In this document: piece after piece, positions 1 to 9,893 of the stretch
Layout: each line of letters opens with the position of its first letter
Position numbering within the stretch: position 1 is the first letter of the stretch
NCBI GenBank assembly: GCA_030583685.1
Contig: CP129470.1
Coordinates: 566,558-630,557, forward strand
From: Candidatus Dojkabacteria bacterium
GTDB taxonomy: Bacteria; Patescibacteriota; Dojkabacteria; GCA-002793355
Length of the DNA: 64,000 bases
Direction of reading: 5' to 3'
Made by a program: the position numbers and the translations under genes
Notes under the pieces: model-generated
The model's database searches: none
Seen by the model: only the letters and a program-made list of their open reading frames with translations
Told to the model about the DNA's origin: nothing

Positions 1-1765
1 GTAGCCAATAGAGGATAATCCTTGCCTCGGGGTTATCGATCCATTTTTTACCAAAGCGTTTCTCAAAATTAGTGTTCATACCGGTGTTTGTGCTCTTTTC
101 ACTTTTTATTGATTTTGTCGTTTTGGGAGGAACAATAAATCTTTTGGCGTAGACCAATCCATCATACGGAGAAAGCGAAGAAACCCAGGTGAGTGCGTCA
201 AATGCATCTCTATGTAATCTGACAGTTTTTTCGAAGCTCTCTGTGGAAATTTTGTTTAACATTATTCTTAGTTCTGCGATGTGGTCCGAAGTCAGAGAAG
301 AAACACCCTGACGGATGAGTGTCTCAAAGTATTCTCGTGCACAGAGTTGCAAAAGGCTGTAGGGAATTTGCCAATAAGAGCCAAGGGCCTGAGAAAAGTT
401 TGCAAAGTATTTTCCGGACTTCTGAGAAATTCTCTTTGGGGTTTCTGTGGAAAATTGTCCTTCTACAAGTTGAGAAAAATCTTCCATGACACTTGACGGT
501 ATTGAGTTTTCTTGTTGTTCTGTGAGAACACCAAATTCCTTTCCTCTTTGGAGAATGAGCGTATGAATCGCGTGTGTTGTCTCGTGTGCCAAGGTCCTCA
601 GATAGTCTTGTTCACTATCGATGAGAGGAGTCATGACGGTAATAGTAATCCCTTGTTTATTGCTATTTTGCGTTTTTGATTGATACGCTCGTGTTGCTCC
701 AAAAGGGTGTGTTACTTGAAAGACGAGTTGCCTGGGTGTCTCCTGGATTGAAAGAGGAAAATACCGAGAAACGATGGTTTTACAGCGGGCAATCATTTTC
801 TCAGTTTCCTGCTCTGAGCGAAGTGCTCGTGGATAGTCATAGAGTTGCGCCTCTTCCTGGTAAAGATCGAGGAGAGAAACCTGTCCTTTGCGTTTCATTG
901 TTGCAAAACTTCGTGGACGTTCACGCTTCATGTGCGCATGAATTTCTGCGTGAATTTCTTTGTTTTTAGCTGCTTGGAGTAGTCGCTGTTTGGTGTTTTT
1001 TGGGTATCCCATGAGGAGAAGATATGCATCTAAATCAATACCGTACGCATACAGGTCTTGCCAAATGCGAAACGCCAGCCGAATATTGTTGTCCGTAAGG
1101 GCGTGATCACCGGCTGCGGCTTGTCGATACGCCGTAATAATTGTTTTGAGTTCGTCATCATATTGGCAGGTTGCAAAGTATTCTTTCAGTCGTGCGAGAT
1201 TTCCTTGTGCAGCATTGAGCAGTTTGGTTCGTATCTCTTCAACCGGTTGGTGCAATTCTTGTGCGGCAATGGCAGTAAAATAGTTGAACTGCGCTTCATG
1301 CACGGAGGTGACCTGCAAATTTCCTGTCGCTCGCATGTAAGGGGTAATTCCGAAATATAAATCTGTTCGTTCCATTGCATATTTCTGATATCGGGAGTGT
1401 AGCGTTCCTTTGATAATTGACCCGCAGAGGCTTTTTATCTGCTCTTTTTTCTCTTTTGGAAGAGTTGTGCTTTTCCAAAGAGAGAGGCTAAACTGAATCG
1501 CTTGTAGTGAGCGTGAGTATGCCTGTTCCAGTGAGAAATCTTGCCACTCTGTGACAGAGATTTTGAAAGGTTGTCGCTCTGGATGGGAAAGAAACTTTTG
1601 CCATTCTTCGTCAGATTTTACCAAGTCATACTGCATTTGAGGAATATCCCAATTGTAGTCAGCGTAAATACTGAGTTCTTCTAAAAATGAGAGCCATTTT
1701 TCAACATTGGTTTTTCCGTCGTAGTAAGAAAGTTCAGTTTTGAAAGTGGAGAAGGACAGTTTCAT
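1..1765 (-). CDS. M3-family oligoendopeptidase (PepF-like); C-terminus runs off the window start
   Basis: Continuous minus-strand frame from the ATG at 1765 to position 1 with no stop, translated by hand. It contains the zinc-binding HExxH motif (LAHETTHAIH) about 400 aa from the N-terminus, as in M3B oligoendopeptidase F. It is absent from the ORF track because the stop lies outside the window. Confidence 0.6.
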   Translation of the reverse strand, partial: MKLSFSTFKTELSYYDGKTNVEKWLSFLEELSIYADYNWDIPQMQYDLVKSDEEWQKFLSHPERQPFKISVTEWQDFSLEQAYSRSLQAIQFSLSLWKSTTLPKEKKEQIKSLCGSIIKGTLHSRYQKYAMERTDLYFGITPYMRATGNLQVTSVHEAQFNYFTAIAAQELHQPVEEIRTKLLNAAQGNLARLKEYFATCQYDDELKTIITAYRQAAAGDHALTDNNIRLAFRIWQDLYAYGIDLDAYLLLMGYPKNTKQRLLQAAKNKEIHAEIHAHMKRERPRSFATMKRKGQVSLLDLYQEEAQLYDYPRALRSEQETEKMIARCKTIVSRYFPLSIQETPRQLVFQVTHPFGATRAYQSKTQNSNKQGITITVMTPLIDSEQDYLRTLAHETTHAIHTLILQRGKEFGVLTEQQENSIPSSVMEDFSQLVEGQFSTETPKRISQKSGKYFANFSQALGSYWQIPYSLLQLCAREYFETLIRQGVSSLTSDHIAELRIMLNKISTESFEKTVRLHRDAFDALTWVSSLSPYDGLVYAKRFIVPPKTTKSIKSEKSTNTGMNTNFEKRFGKKWIDNPEARIILYWL

Positions 1766-1811
1766 AGAAGGTTATATAGTATTTTCACGGAATTTGCAAT
1801 ATAATTACAGT

Positions 1812-2867
1812 ATGGGCGAAATAAAAATTGAACCCGAGGTTAAGGCTTTTAGAGCCGCTATTTCTTTGCTCGAATCGCGTTTTGAACATGCACCTAATCA
1901 ATATGAAGGACTGAGAAGAGAGTATATATCTGGTAGGCATGGGCAGATATTCGTCACGTTCTCTCGAGGAAATGACAATACTCTTCGAGATGAGAAAAGT
2001 ACGCATATTGTCATGGTTCAAGGGGCAAGAAATCCACCGTCTGGCGATTATTATCATATGATTAAGCCACTTTTGGAAGGGAGAAGCATCGATCGATTTA
2101 CTGTAGTATACTTTCCTTTCCAAAAGCAAGTTGACCGAGGTTTGCGTGAATCGCAGTACCTTGTTATCGACCCAATGAAAGTTACCTATGATTTGCTCGA
2201 TATGGCGGAACAAGGCGTGGTTAATGAGAAAGAACGAGTTTTTGTTGGAGGGTTAAGCCTTGGCGCAGATTTAGTTGCGTATGCGACACAACAGGGCTTA
2301 GCAGGCAGGATAGGTAACTACCAAGGGGCAATCTTATTTGACCCAGCTTGTTTGGTGACAAGAGGAAGAACTCATGTATTGAAACTACTAAAAAAGTTCG
2401 AAAGTCTTGTACAGAAAGGTATCGGATTAAATCGTTTGCTACAGATACCATTCTTTATTGAATTTATCACAAATAAATCATTTGGTGTTGAGAAAAATTG
2501 GCAGAAGTTGTTGAAATGGATGATGCCAAAGAATAGAGCGAGGAAGGCAATTGAAATTTTTTCAAAAATTGACGTGCCTCGTAATATTAACGAAATTGCA
2601 GCTACAGCAGGAGAAAGCGCGTTAAGGTTACAACATATGTTTGAACAAGATGAACTCAATAATGAATTACGGGTAAAATTTCCCTTGCACGTTGCATTTA
2701 CACAGAAGGCAAAGACCGAAGGATACTTGGAATTAATAAAAAAGAAGCTGAGTACACTGGGGGAAGTTGTGGATAATGGAATTTTACGTGGTTCACATGG
2801 TGCTTCACGTGGGGCGGGTAATTATCAAAGTTACATTGATGTTATCTCTACAACGGTGAGAATGTAA
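1812..2867 (+). CDS. hypothetical protein, possible alpha/beta-hydrolase (GxSxG-like GLSLG motif)
   Basis: ORF 1740..2867. The first ATG, at 1812 (MGEIK...), is the more likely start. It contains VFVGGLSLGADLVAYA, which resembles a nucleophile-elbow motif. No other recognisable domain. Confidence 0.4.
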   Translation: MGEIKIEPEVKAFRAAISLLESRFEHAPNQYEGLRREYISGRHGQIFVTFSRGNDNTLRDEKSTHIVMVQGARNPPSGDYYHMIKPLLEGRSIDRFTVVYFPFQKQVDRGLRESQYLVIDPMKVTYDLLDMAEQGVVNEKERVFVGGLSLGADLVAYATQQGLAGRIGNYQGAILFDPACLVTRGRTHVLKLLKKFESLVQKGIGLNRLLQIPFFIEFITNKSFGVEKNWQKLLKWMMPKNRARKAIEIFSKIDVPRNINEIAATAGESALRLQHMFEQDELNNELRVKFPLHVAFTQKAKTEGYLELIKKKLSTLGEVVDNGILRGSHGASRGAGNYQSYIDVISTTVRM

Positions 2868-2869
2868 AG

Positions 2870-3439
2870 CTATTGTTGGTGAATCGCTGTTTTTCGAAAG
2901 CACCCGACCATATGGTCGTCATATAATCCCATTGCCTGCATGTGGGCGTACATAATAGTACTCCCAACAAATTTGAAACCTCGTGACTTCAAGTCTTTGC
3001 TGAGAGCATCAGATTCAGGTGATGTTGCAGGGATTTCTTGCAACGTTTGTGGAAAATGAACAAGTTGTTTTCCCTCGACAAAACTCCAAATATACGAATC
3101 AAATGAACCAAACTCTCGTTGTACCTCAAGAAATTTCTGTGCATTGTTGATGGCAGCAGAAATTTTCTGTCTGTTGCGAATGATATTTGGATTTGACATA
3201 AGCTGCTCAAGAGTGGTATCGGTAAATTGTGCAACTTTTTTCGCATCAAAATTAGCGAATGCAGCTCGATAGCCATCGCGCTTTTTCAAAACAGTCAGCC
3301 AACTCAGCCCTGCTTGAGCGGATTCAAGGATGAGGAATTCGAAATGTTTTGTGTCGTCGTGGTTAGGAACTCCCCATTCAGTATCATGATAGGCAATATA
3401 TTCTGGAGTTGCTAAGCACCAGGAGCATCGTTGGTTCAT
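2870..3439 (-). CDS. tag: DNA-3-methyladenine glycosylase I
   Basis: The 189-aa product aligns along its length to Tag: YHDTEWGVP, AGLSWLTVLKKR, GFKFVGSTIMYAHMQAMGLYDDH and a C-terminal HxxxC zinc-site region. Confidence 0.85.
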   Translation of the reverse strand: MNQRCSWCLATPEYIAYHDTEWGVPNHDDTKHFEFLILESAQAGLSWLTVLKKRDGYRAAFANFDAKKVAQFTDTTLEQLMSNPNIIRNRQKISAAINNAQKFLEVQREFGSFDSYIWSFVEGKQLVHFPQTLQEIPATSPESDALSKDLKSRGFKFVGSTIMYAHMQAMGLYDDHMVGCFRKTAIHQQ

Positions 3440-5175
3440 TATTGAGTCGAAAGAGTATGTTCAAAGTCCGCAGCCTCAACGCGTGGGTCCAGTTTGAAGA
3501 TTTTCAAAAGCGTCTTCGCTCTATCCTCTGGGCCATTGAGGGAATAGGCTGGCGAATAGGTTGCGTATTCATTGTTGTACCCCTTCCAGTTAAAAGGGGG
3601 AAGTAAATATTCGGAATCTCCATAACGCGGATGAGTTACTGTTGTGCTTTGAACGGTGATAACCACTTTGTTCCCAGAAATTGAGTATGATGTAATTCCG
3701 CTATAGGCAGGGAGGTACGATTCAATAGTTGAGGGTGGAGTATCCTCGGGGACATTGTATTTGACAAAAAATTGAACCGAAGAGGGTGCAATGAGTCCAA
3801 GATTTGCATAAGAAACATTGACCGCAGTCGTCAGAGATTTCAACTGTGAAAAGTTATTCTTTCGGTATGTTTCTGCCTCTGCAACAATTGCTGGGAGTTT
3901 TGGTTTAAACTCATTTCCAGGACAAGCGGTCGCATTAATCTTCCAGCTGTTTGAACTCGTGTCCCACGCATATGAGTCGCGGTGTCCAAATACGGTGAAC
4001 GACGGGTCGCGCCATTTGGACACCGCGCCATCACTATATTTCAACGAAAATCCAAAAAAAGCAGCACGTTCAGCCATTAAGTAAATAAGCGATTGACGTG
4101 CTTTTGCGGTGGGCTGGGTACTTGTAAAATTTCCGATAAGGGCTATGCCTATACTAGTACGGTTTGCTGCGCCAAATGCGTGATATCCTTGAGTTTCGTC
4201 GCCTCCCAGTTTTCCTTGATAAATGGTGCCGTTCTGATCAATCAAGAAATTGTAGCCAATATCTCCCCAATTACGAACATAGGTGTGATAGAGGTAGATT
4301 CCTCGAACTGCGGCAGCGGGTGTGCTGGTTGGGTTAGTTGCGGTATGGTGAACGACAATGCGAGAGGCTTTGTAGTACACAGGGTACCACACGAAGCGCG
4401 ATGAAGAATCGATGTTTGCGCTCGAGTTCGAGTCCCAGGAGCTTGGATTTGCTCCCCATATATCTCTGGTGACCACGCCTACGTTTGAATAACTCGCGCC
4501 TGCATTAAAGTTGTATACTCCGGTGGTTGTTGCTTGTAATGAAAAATCGTCGTCGGAATCCTTCGGGTCGATTAAGGTAACTTTCAAAAGGTCAATAGGC
4601 TGAGAAGAGTAAAGATAGAGAACCTTATTGAGTGGGATTTCTAACAGCCCTGAGTGATTTTCTGTTTCAAAATAATCTTCTTTTTCATCAATCGGAAGGG
4701 GGAGTAAGTCTGAAAGTCGTGCGTTATCTTTTGTAGTCCAGTGTAATCTGGCGGTATAGGGCCAAGAAACAACAAATGTTGGGGCCGAAAATTCAGAAAG
4801 AGAAATTTTGTATAAGGTTTCCTTCTTGATTGTGGGTATCTCTAAGGTAGTAATACTTCCGGATTTTGTCGTTAAAACGCTAGGGGTGATAGCCGTTAAC
4901 GGTGGAAGTGGCGCAGGGGAAGTAGTAGTTGAGATAGGCGACACGTACGCAACAGGTTGCTTTGTTTCTTCAGGAGTTGGTATTTCAGTCGGGAGTTCCT
5001 CAGTCACCTCAGGTGCAATACTTGGAGAAATGGTTGTGCTCGGTGTCGTGGTGTCTCCGAGTACTGCTTGCTGTGTTTCTTGTGGAACGGTAGGTGAAGA
5101 GAGTAAAGATTTTGTGAAGAACCAAATACCGAGCAAAAGAGCGGAGATAAATAGTATCCACAGCAACTTTTTCAT
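3439..5175 (-). CDS. secreted N-acetylmuramoyl-L-alanine amidase (Amidase_2/PGRP domain) with N-terminal signal/TM anchor and Thr/Pro-rich linker
   Basis: N-terminal hydrophobic segment, a long T/P/S-rich low-complexity region, then IVVHHTATNP...GDIGYNFLIDQNGTIYQG...GYHAFGAANRTSIGIALIGNF, typical of the Amidase_2/PGRP zinc amidase fold. Confidence 0.7.
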   Translation of the reverse strand: MKKLLWILFISALLLGIWFFTKSLLSSPTVPQETQQAVLGDTTTPSTTISPSIAPEVTEELPTEIPTPEETKQPVAYVSPISTTTSPAPLPPLTAITPSVLTTKSGSITTLEIPTIKKETLYKISLSEFSAPTFVVSWPYTARLHWTTKDNARLSDLLPLPIDEKEDYFETENHSGLLEIPLNKVLYLYSSQPIDLLKVTLIDPKDSDDDFSLQATTTGVYNFNAGASYSNVGVVTRDIWGANPSSWDSNSSANIDSSSRFVWYPVYYKASRIVVHHTATNPTSTPAAAVRGIYLYHTYVRNWGDIGYNFLIDQNGTIYQGKLGGDETQGYHAFGAANRTSIGIALIGNFTSTQPTAKARQSLIYLMAERAAFFGFSLKYSDGAVSKWRDPSFTVFGHRDSYAWDTSSNSWKINATACPGNEFKPKLPAIVAEAETYRKNNFSQLKSLTTAVNVSYANLGLIAPSSVQFFVKYNVPEDTPPSTIESYLPAYSGITSYSISGNKVVITVQSTTVTHPRYGDSEYLLPPFNWKGYNNEYATYSPAYSLNGPEDRAKTLLKIFKLDPRVEAADFEHTLSTQ

Positions 5176-5223
5176 TCTTCATTGTAGCAGAAACGATAAT
5201 CGCTAGTATGTTATACTGAAGTA

Positions 5224-7260
5224 ATGAAACTGCTTCAGGTAATCGCCATTTTCTTTTTGTTAGTGACGATAACAGTTCAGCCTTTTCTTTTGGTTCTTCT
5301 TGATTCCCCTGTTTCTGCACGTCGTGATCGATATACGCGACTTAAAGAGGCAATTTCCGAGGTAGATATTTCCATAGAAAAAAGGCGTGATTCCACAAAA
5401 ATGATTACGCCGAAACATACAACGAAGAATCGAGTTGTGACGTTTGAGCGGGAGCTTTCTGAAACGGAAATCGCAGAATACGAGCAAAAATATCAAGTCA
5501 AATTCTCAAAACAATCGAGAAAGAAGAATCGATATATTGTAGTACCAGAAACCAAAGTAATCGCCGACACGACAGTATCAGCATTGCTTGCTGAAGAGAT
5601 GGTTGCAACGGTAGAAAATGAAGATATCTACAAAGTTGCAGAGCAAACCCTCGATTGGGGAATTCCGCAGATGAACGTCCAGACCGCTTGGGAGAGCACT
5701 ATTCCCGCCTCAGGGCAGGGTATAGTAGTCGCGGTTATCGATACGGGAGTCCAAGCAGACCATCCGGATTTAGTAGATACAGTAATCGCTGGTGGGTACG
5801 ATTTTGTCAATAATGACAGCGATCCAAGTGATGATAATGGACATGGGACACATGTTGCAGGAACAATTGCCGCAAATAATAATAGTATTGGGTATGTCGG
5901 TGTCGCCTATTCTGCGAAAATTCTTCCGTTTAAAGTGTGTGATGAGGACGGATTGTGTAGCTCAGTCGCAATTTCAGATGCAATAGATGCAGCCGTTGAT
6001 GCGAATGTTGATGTTATCAACTTGAGTCTTGGAGGGAGTGCAAATTCTTTAATTCAGACGGCAGTCAATCGTGCAACAACTGCAGGTATTACGGTCGTTG
6101 CTGCATCAGGTAACAGCGGAGTGAATGGGTGTTTGTTTCCTGCTGCTTATGCAAATGTTGTCTGTGTTGGTGCAACAACGACAACAAATACGAGAGCAGA
6201 ATTTAGTAATTATGGAACCGCACTGGAAGTAATGGCGCCTGGCGTTGCTGTTAGTGCTGCTGCAATGGGCGATACATATGCTTCGATGAGCGGCACAAGT
6301 ATGGCAGCAGCGTATTATTCAGGGACAGTCGCTGTCGTCCGAGGGATGCTTGATGGATTATGTGTCGAGACACCGGGGCATACTGCCTGCGCTGACAAAC
6401 GAACGTATGCACGAGCTTTAATGAATCAAATTGCCGTGAAAGATTTGGGAACTCCGGGACGTGACGATCAATTCGGACATGGATTAGTTGACTTATCTCC
6501 AATCTTTACTGCGACCAACCCAACGTTTGTGTCGCCTCGAACCACAGTTGCTCGGGGAACTACCTATACTCAGAGCGTTACCATGGCAAATAACAACGCT
6601 TATCCCATTGCAATTACCTCTTGTACGATTACTTCTCGAAATCAAACGCGGAGTCAAACAACGCCAGTGTTTGCGGTTTCAGAATTTAAACAGGGAAGTA
6701 CCGTGTATTCTGGTCGAGTACAAAATATCATCTATACAACCTATCCGGTTTCTCCCGCGGTAACTATTCCGGCAGGTGAGAGTCGGAGTTTTTCCTACAA
6801 GTACACGATTTCCTCCGGAGCCTCTCCAAACGATAGTATTGCGTATTCTTTTGTCTGCACCTCCGATAATACAGCGACCGGAACGGTAGAAAGCTATCGT
6901 TCTGAAGTAAAGACACAGACGGTAAAAGTTGATCTCCCTGCTACACTGAAGAATGTATATTTTGTATTTGGTCGTATGTCATATAACAAAACCTATACGA
7001 CATCGCATGTCCGACGATGGGATATCATTTATCTGAAAAATTACGATCCAAAAAAACTACGGGTTAGGCAAATGTTTCTCTATGATTATACAAAGAAGGG
7101 AAATCAAGGATACACACGATATTGGAGAAACTCAACTTCGATGAGTGTAAGGACAAACTATTTACTTCCTCGGTACAGAAAATATGCGTACGTCATTGAG
7201 TTTGAAGACATTGCTACTGGTGCCAGAGCGAAAAAGTATTTTGTGTTCTATACAAAATAG
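5224..7260 (+). CDS. secreted subtilisin-like serine protease (peptidase S8) with about 250-aa C-terminal extension
   Basis: Signal peptide, then the Asp/His/Ser catalytic triad motifs VAVIDTGV (D), HGTHVAGTIAA (H) and GTSMAAAYYSG (S). The C-terminal tail is rich in basic and aromatic residues. Confidence 0.85.
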   Translation: MKLLQVIAIFFLLVTITVQPFLLVLLDSPVSARRDRYTRLKEAISEVDISIEKRRDSTKMITPKHTTKNRVVTFERELSETEIAEYEQKYQVKFSKQSRKKNRYIVVPETKVIADTTVSALLAEEMVATVENEDIYKVAEQTLDWGIPQMNVQTAWESTIPASGQGIVVAVIDTGVQADHPDLVDTVIAGGYDFVNNDSDPSDDNGHGTHVAGTIAANNNSIGYVGVAYSAKILPFKVCDEDGLCSSVAISDAIDAAVDANVDVINLSLGGSANSLIQTAVNRATTAGITVVAASGNSGVNGCLFPAAYANVVCVGATTTTNTRAEFSNYGTALEVMAPGVAVSAAAMGDTYASMSGTSMAAAYYSGTVAVVRGMLDGLCVETPGHTACADKRTYARALMNQIAVKDLGTPGRDDQFGHGLVDLSPIFTATNPTFVSPRTTVARGTTYTQSVTMANNNAYPIAITSCTITSRNQTRSQTTPVFAVSEFKQGSTVYSGRVQNIIYTTYPVSPAVTIPAGESRSFSYKYTISSGASPNDSIAYSFVCTSDNTATGTVESYRSEVKTQTVKVDLPATLKNVYFVFGRMSYNKTYTTSHVRRWDIIYLKNYDPKKLRVRQMFLYDYTKKGNQGYTRYWRNSTSMSVRTNYLLPRYRKYAYVIEFEDIATGARAKKYFVFYTK

Positions 7261-7304
7261 TCGGCCCCTGCTAAAATACTCACTATAAGATACATTTTGC
7301 ACTC

Positions 7305-7418
7305 ATGAAACGTTTAGTACTCATCGATCATGATGGGACACTTTGTCTGACAAATACAAATGCATACGAAAGTCTTCAATATGCTGCACAAGATGCATTG
7401 AGTTTACCATTTCCTTGA
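7305..7418 (+). pseudogene. 37-codon remnant resembling the N-terminus of a HAD-family phosphatase (motif I DxDGT)
   Basis: The small ORF MKRLVLIDHDGTLCLTNTNAYESLQYAAQDALSLPFP carries the HAD motif-I consensus (hhhhDxDGTL) and then stops. It lies in a roughly 280-bp gap between convergent genes. Confidence 0.3.
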
Positions 7419-7536
7419 GTTAGAAAATTTCATTGACGAATCGTGTGTAATTCCATAATATCGCCAGATTTCATAATCCTTATGGCAACGTTTTGTTCGC
7501 TTGCACAATTGGGAATAGTCTCCGTTGAAATGTGCG

Positions 7537-8175
7537 TTACCGTTGGTTCCGGGTTGTGTGTCGGGATGTAGGTATTGATCCAAACCCTTCGTCGAGGCTT
7601 CTTTGTACGGTGTCGAACATATTTCTCCAGCGATCATCTAATAGCCTGCTATTCATAGTGACTGTAATCTCTGTGAAGAAATCTGTTTTAGGAAAAAATA
7701 ACTGTTTTGCCGTGATTGTAATGCAGGGAACGTTGTAACGCGGATCAAGAACAGGGCGAGGCGTTACTGCATGAGTGGTAAGGTCGGTTTTTACAAAGAG
7801 CACTGGTTGAAAAACGTTTTTGTCAAAATAACCAATGACGATATCAGATTTTGGACGATTTGAACCAAATCGTATTTGTGGTGGTGTTGGGGATACAGAT
7901 AAATTATTGCTTTCAGCACCTTTACTCAGGATGGTTGCGATGATTGAGTAGATGATAACTGAAAAAACAACAGGGAAATCTCTTATATAATTGGCTTCTT
8001 CTGGAGAAGCAAGAAACGTGTCCAGTGACCTCCTCCTTTTTCTTTGTCGTTCTTGTTGAGCAACTGACGGTTGGTGAGGAGGTACAAACAAAGGATCTTC
8101 GAGTAGTTTGGTAAAAGAGTGGGCATGTTTACGCAATTCCGATTTGAGTAAGGTGTTTGTGTATTGTTCTGTCAT
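7537..8175 (-). CDS. hypothetical protein with one predicted TM helix
   Basis: 212-aa ORF with a basic N-terminus (QRKRRRS) followed by a hydrophobic stretch VVFSVIIYSIIATIL. No recognisable domain. Confidence 0.4.
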   Translation of the reverse strand: MTEQYTNTLLKSELRKHAHSFTKLLEDPLFVPPHQPSVAQQERQRKRRRSLDTFLASPEEANYIRDFPVVFSVIIYSIIATILSKGAESNNLSVSPTPPQIRFGSNRPKSDIVIGYFDKNVFQPVLFVKTDLTTHAVTPRPVLDPRYNVPCITITAKQLFFPKTDFFTEITVTMNSRLLDDRWRNMFDTVQRSLDEGFGSIPTSRHTTRNQR

Positions 8176-8185
8176 AGAGACAATT

Positions 8186-8890
8186 TCAGACGCTCGTTAG
8201 TTTTCCTTCTTCAAGAACCACCACAACGTAACAAAACTGCACCAGTAAACTCAAAGCAATCATTTCGATTCCTTCTTCAAGGGCTGTCCAAAGGTAATAC
8301 AATTCTGAACTTCTGACGTCAGGTGCGGTATTCAAATACTCGATGACAGGAATACAGAAGATGAGGAGAAAACCAATAATAAGTAGCCAAATATAGCGTG
8401 GGTATGTTTTGACAAGTTTTATTGCAGCATAAATGCCAAATACTCCTGCTGCTAGGAATAGTGGAATATAAAACAAAAGCCAATTTGTAGAAAGGTATCC
8501 TGCTTCTAGTAAACTATCTTGTAGTCCATAAAGCTGTTCGGGAAAGAGCTCAGCAAGATAGGTGAAAATATTCTCGTGGATAGTACCTACTTCGTCGAGA
8601 CCAAGAAAAAATAATCCCGCGCCAAGCAACCCAATAATTCTTCGGGGTAAAAGTGTTCTTTGGGACTTCTGCTTTTTTTGATGTCCGATGATGTAAACCG
8701 CCAAAAAAGCAAGAAAGGCTCCTGCAAAAATTTTGGCACCTTGGTAAATAGTTGGAATATTCGCCTCTATATCGAGATTGAAAAGGCTGTATTGGTAGTA
8801 ATTCAAGTGAACCAGAATGAGTATCAAATCTACAAGGAGAAGAAGAAGCAGTGGAAGGAATAGATGTTGGTTGCTTCTGGTAATTTTCAT
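8186..8890 (-). CDS. polytopic integral membrane protein, function unknown
   Basis: 234-aa ORF with at least 6 hydrophobic helices. The overlapping ORF 8550..9146 was judged spurious. Confidence 0.5.
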   Translation of the reverse strand: MKITRSNQHLFLPLLLLLLVDLILILVHLNYYQYSLFNLDIEANIPTIYQGAKIFAGAFLAFLAVYIIGHQKKQKSQRTLLPRRIIGLLGAGLFFLGLDEVGTIHENIFTYLAELFPEQLYGLQDSLLEAGYLSTNWLLFYIPLFLAAGVFGIYAAIKLVKTYPRYIWLLIIGFLLIFCIPVIEYLNTAPDVRSSELYYLWTALEEGIEMIALSLLVQFCYVVVVLEEGKLTSV

Positions 8891-8968
8891 ATGCTGATTC
8901 CGTGATAAGTAAAGTAGTGTATGGTAGCGAAGTTTCTGTGAGGTGTAAAGAAAAGAGTATAATGGAGT

Positions 8969-9844
8969 ATGAAATACTTTTTGGTTGCTGTCGCCGTAAG
9001 TTCATTGGTTGGAATTTCGGTGGCCTTTGATACAACACATCAAGCTGAGTATGCGCAGTCTCAGATGCTCGTACACAGAATAGAAGCAGAAAATGAGCAA
9101 CAAGTAATTTATCCTGAAATTTTTCATTTTGAAGAATTTTCACCACAACAGACAGACTTGCCCGTCACTCCTGTTGCGCCACAGGAAACTGATGCCCCTT
9201 CCCCAAAAACAACTGAAGCACCGACCCCTCCGATAACAACTAAAAAAGTAGTGATAACACCGAAGGTAACGAGTACGCCAAAGCCAACGAGTATAAGTAC
9301 TCCTACACCAATACCAACGATGGATTTTTCGAAACCCTGGCAAGTTGCCTCGAATTGTCCAATTTCGACACAAAACTGTGTTCCGTGTACGTCGGGTGTG
9401 TACTGTCGGTACGAGCCAAAATATAAAAATCAGCATGGTTTTCTTGGGTGGGCTTGTCAAAATAACAATCCAGGAAATATTCGCGATTCATCATATAGAA
9501 ATACCATTATTGTCCAAAATGGGGGGCCAGCAGCTTGTGGTGTTCGTTACGACTCACGTGGTGGTAGTTATTTCGTTTTTTCAACGTATACAAACGGGAT
9601 GAATGCGTTGAAGGCATACATAAAAGGAATTAATAACGGGCAACACTCATCATACACGGGATGTGGCAATTGCTCCCTTGCGCTCTTTTTTAGCAAATAT
9701 GCTCCAGGGGATTCCGGCTATGCGGGTTTTGTTGCCGGTGAAATAGGGGAAACTACCGAAACAACATTAAACTATGTCGTTACAAATAAACTTGATCAGT
9801 TTGTTGCCGCTATAAAGAAGAAAGAAGGTTTTTTTGTGCAGTAA
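8969..9844 (+). CDS. secreted/anchored hypothetical protein with Thr/Pro-rich linker and Cys-containing C-terminal domain
   Basis: N-terminal signal-like segment (MKYFLVAVAVSSLVGISVA), a T/P/K-rich spacer, then a globular region with several Cys residues. Confidence 0.5.
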   Translation: MKYFLVAVAVSSLVGISVAFDTTHQAEYAQSQMLVHRIEAENEQQVIYPEIFHFEEFSPQQTDLPVTPVAPQETDAPSPKTTEAPTPPITTKKVVITPKVTSTPKPTSISTPTPIPTMDFSKPWQVASNCPISTQNCVPCTSGVYCRYEPKYKNQHGFLGWACQNNNPGNIRDSSYRNTIIVQNGGPAACGVRYDSRGGSYFVFSTYTNGMNALKAYIKGINNGQHSSYTGCGNCSLALFFSKYAPGDSGYAGFVAGEIGETTETTLNYVVTNKLDQFVAAIKKKEGFFVQ

Positions 9845-9893
9845 TAGGGTATAATAGGATACTCCCCAAAATGAATAAATTTACTTCTGTGGC

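Noticed and set aside
7404-7738. ORFs 7404..7637 (-) and 7532..7738 (+)
   Set aside because: They overlap each other and the 3' end of ORF 7537..8175. The translations are non-protein-like. The region is more likely the 3' UTR and a decayed HAD remnant.
8550-9146. 198-aa minus-strand ORF overlapping two better genes
   Set aside because: It overlaps the credible membrane protein 8186..8890 and the secreted protein 8969..9844. The translation has no protein-like character.
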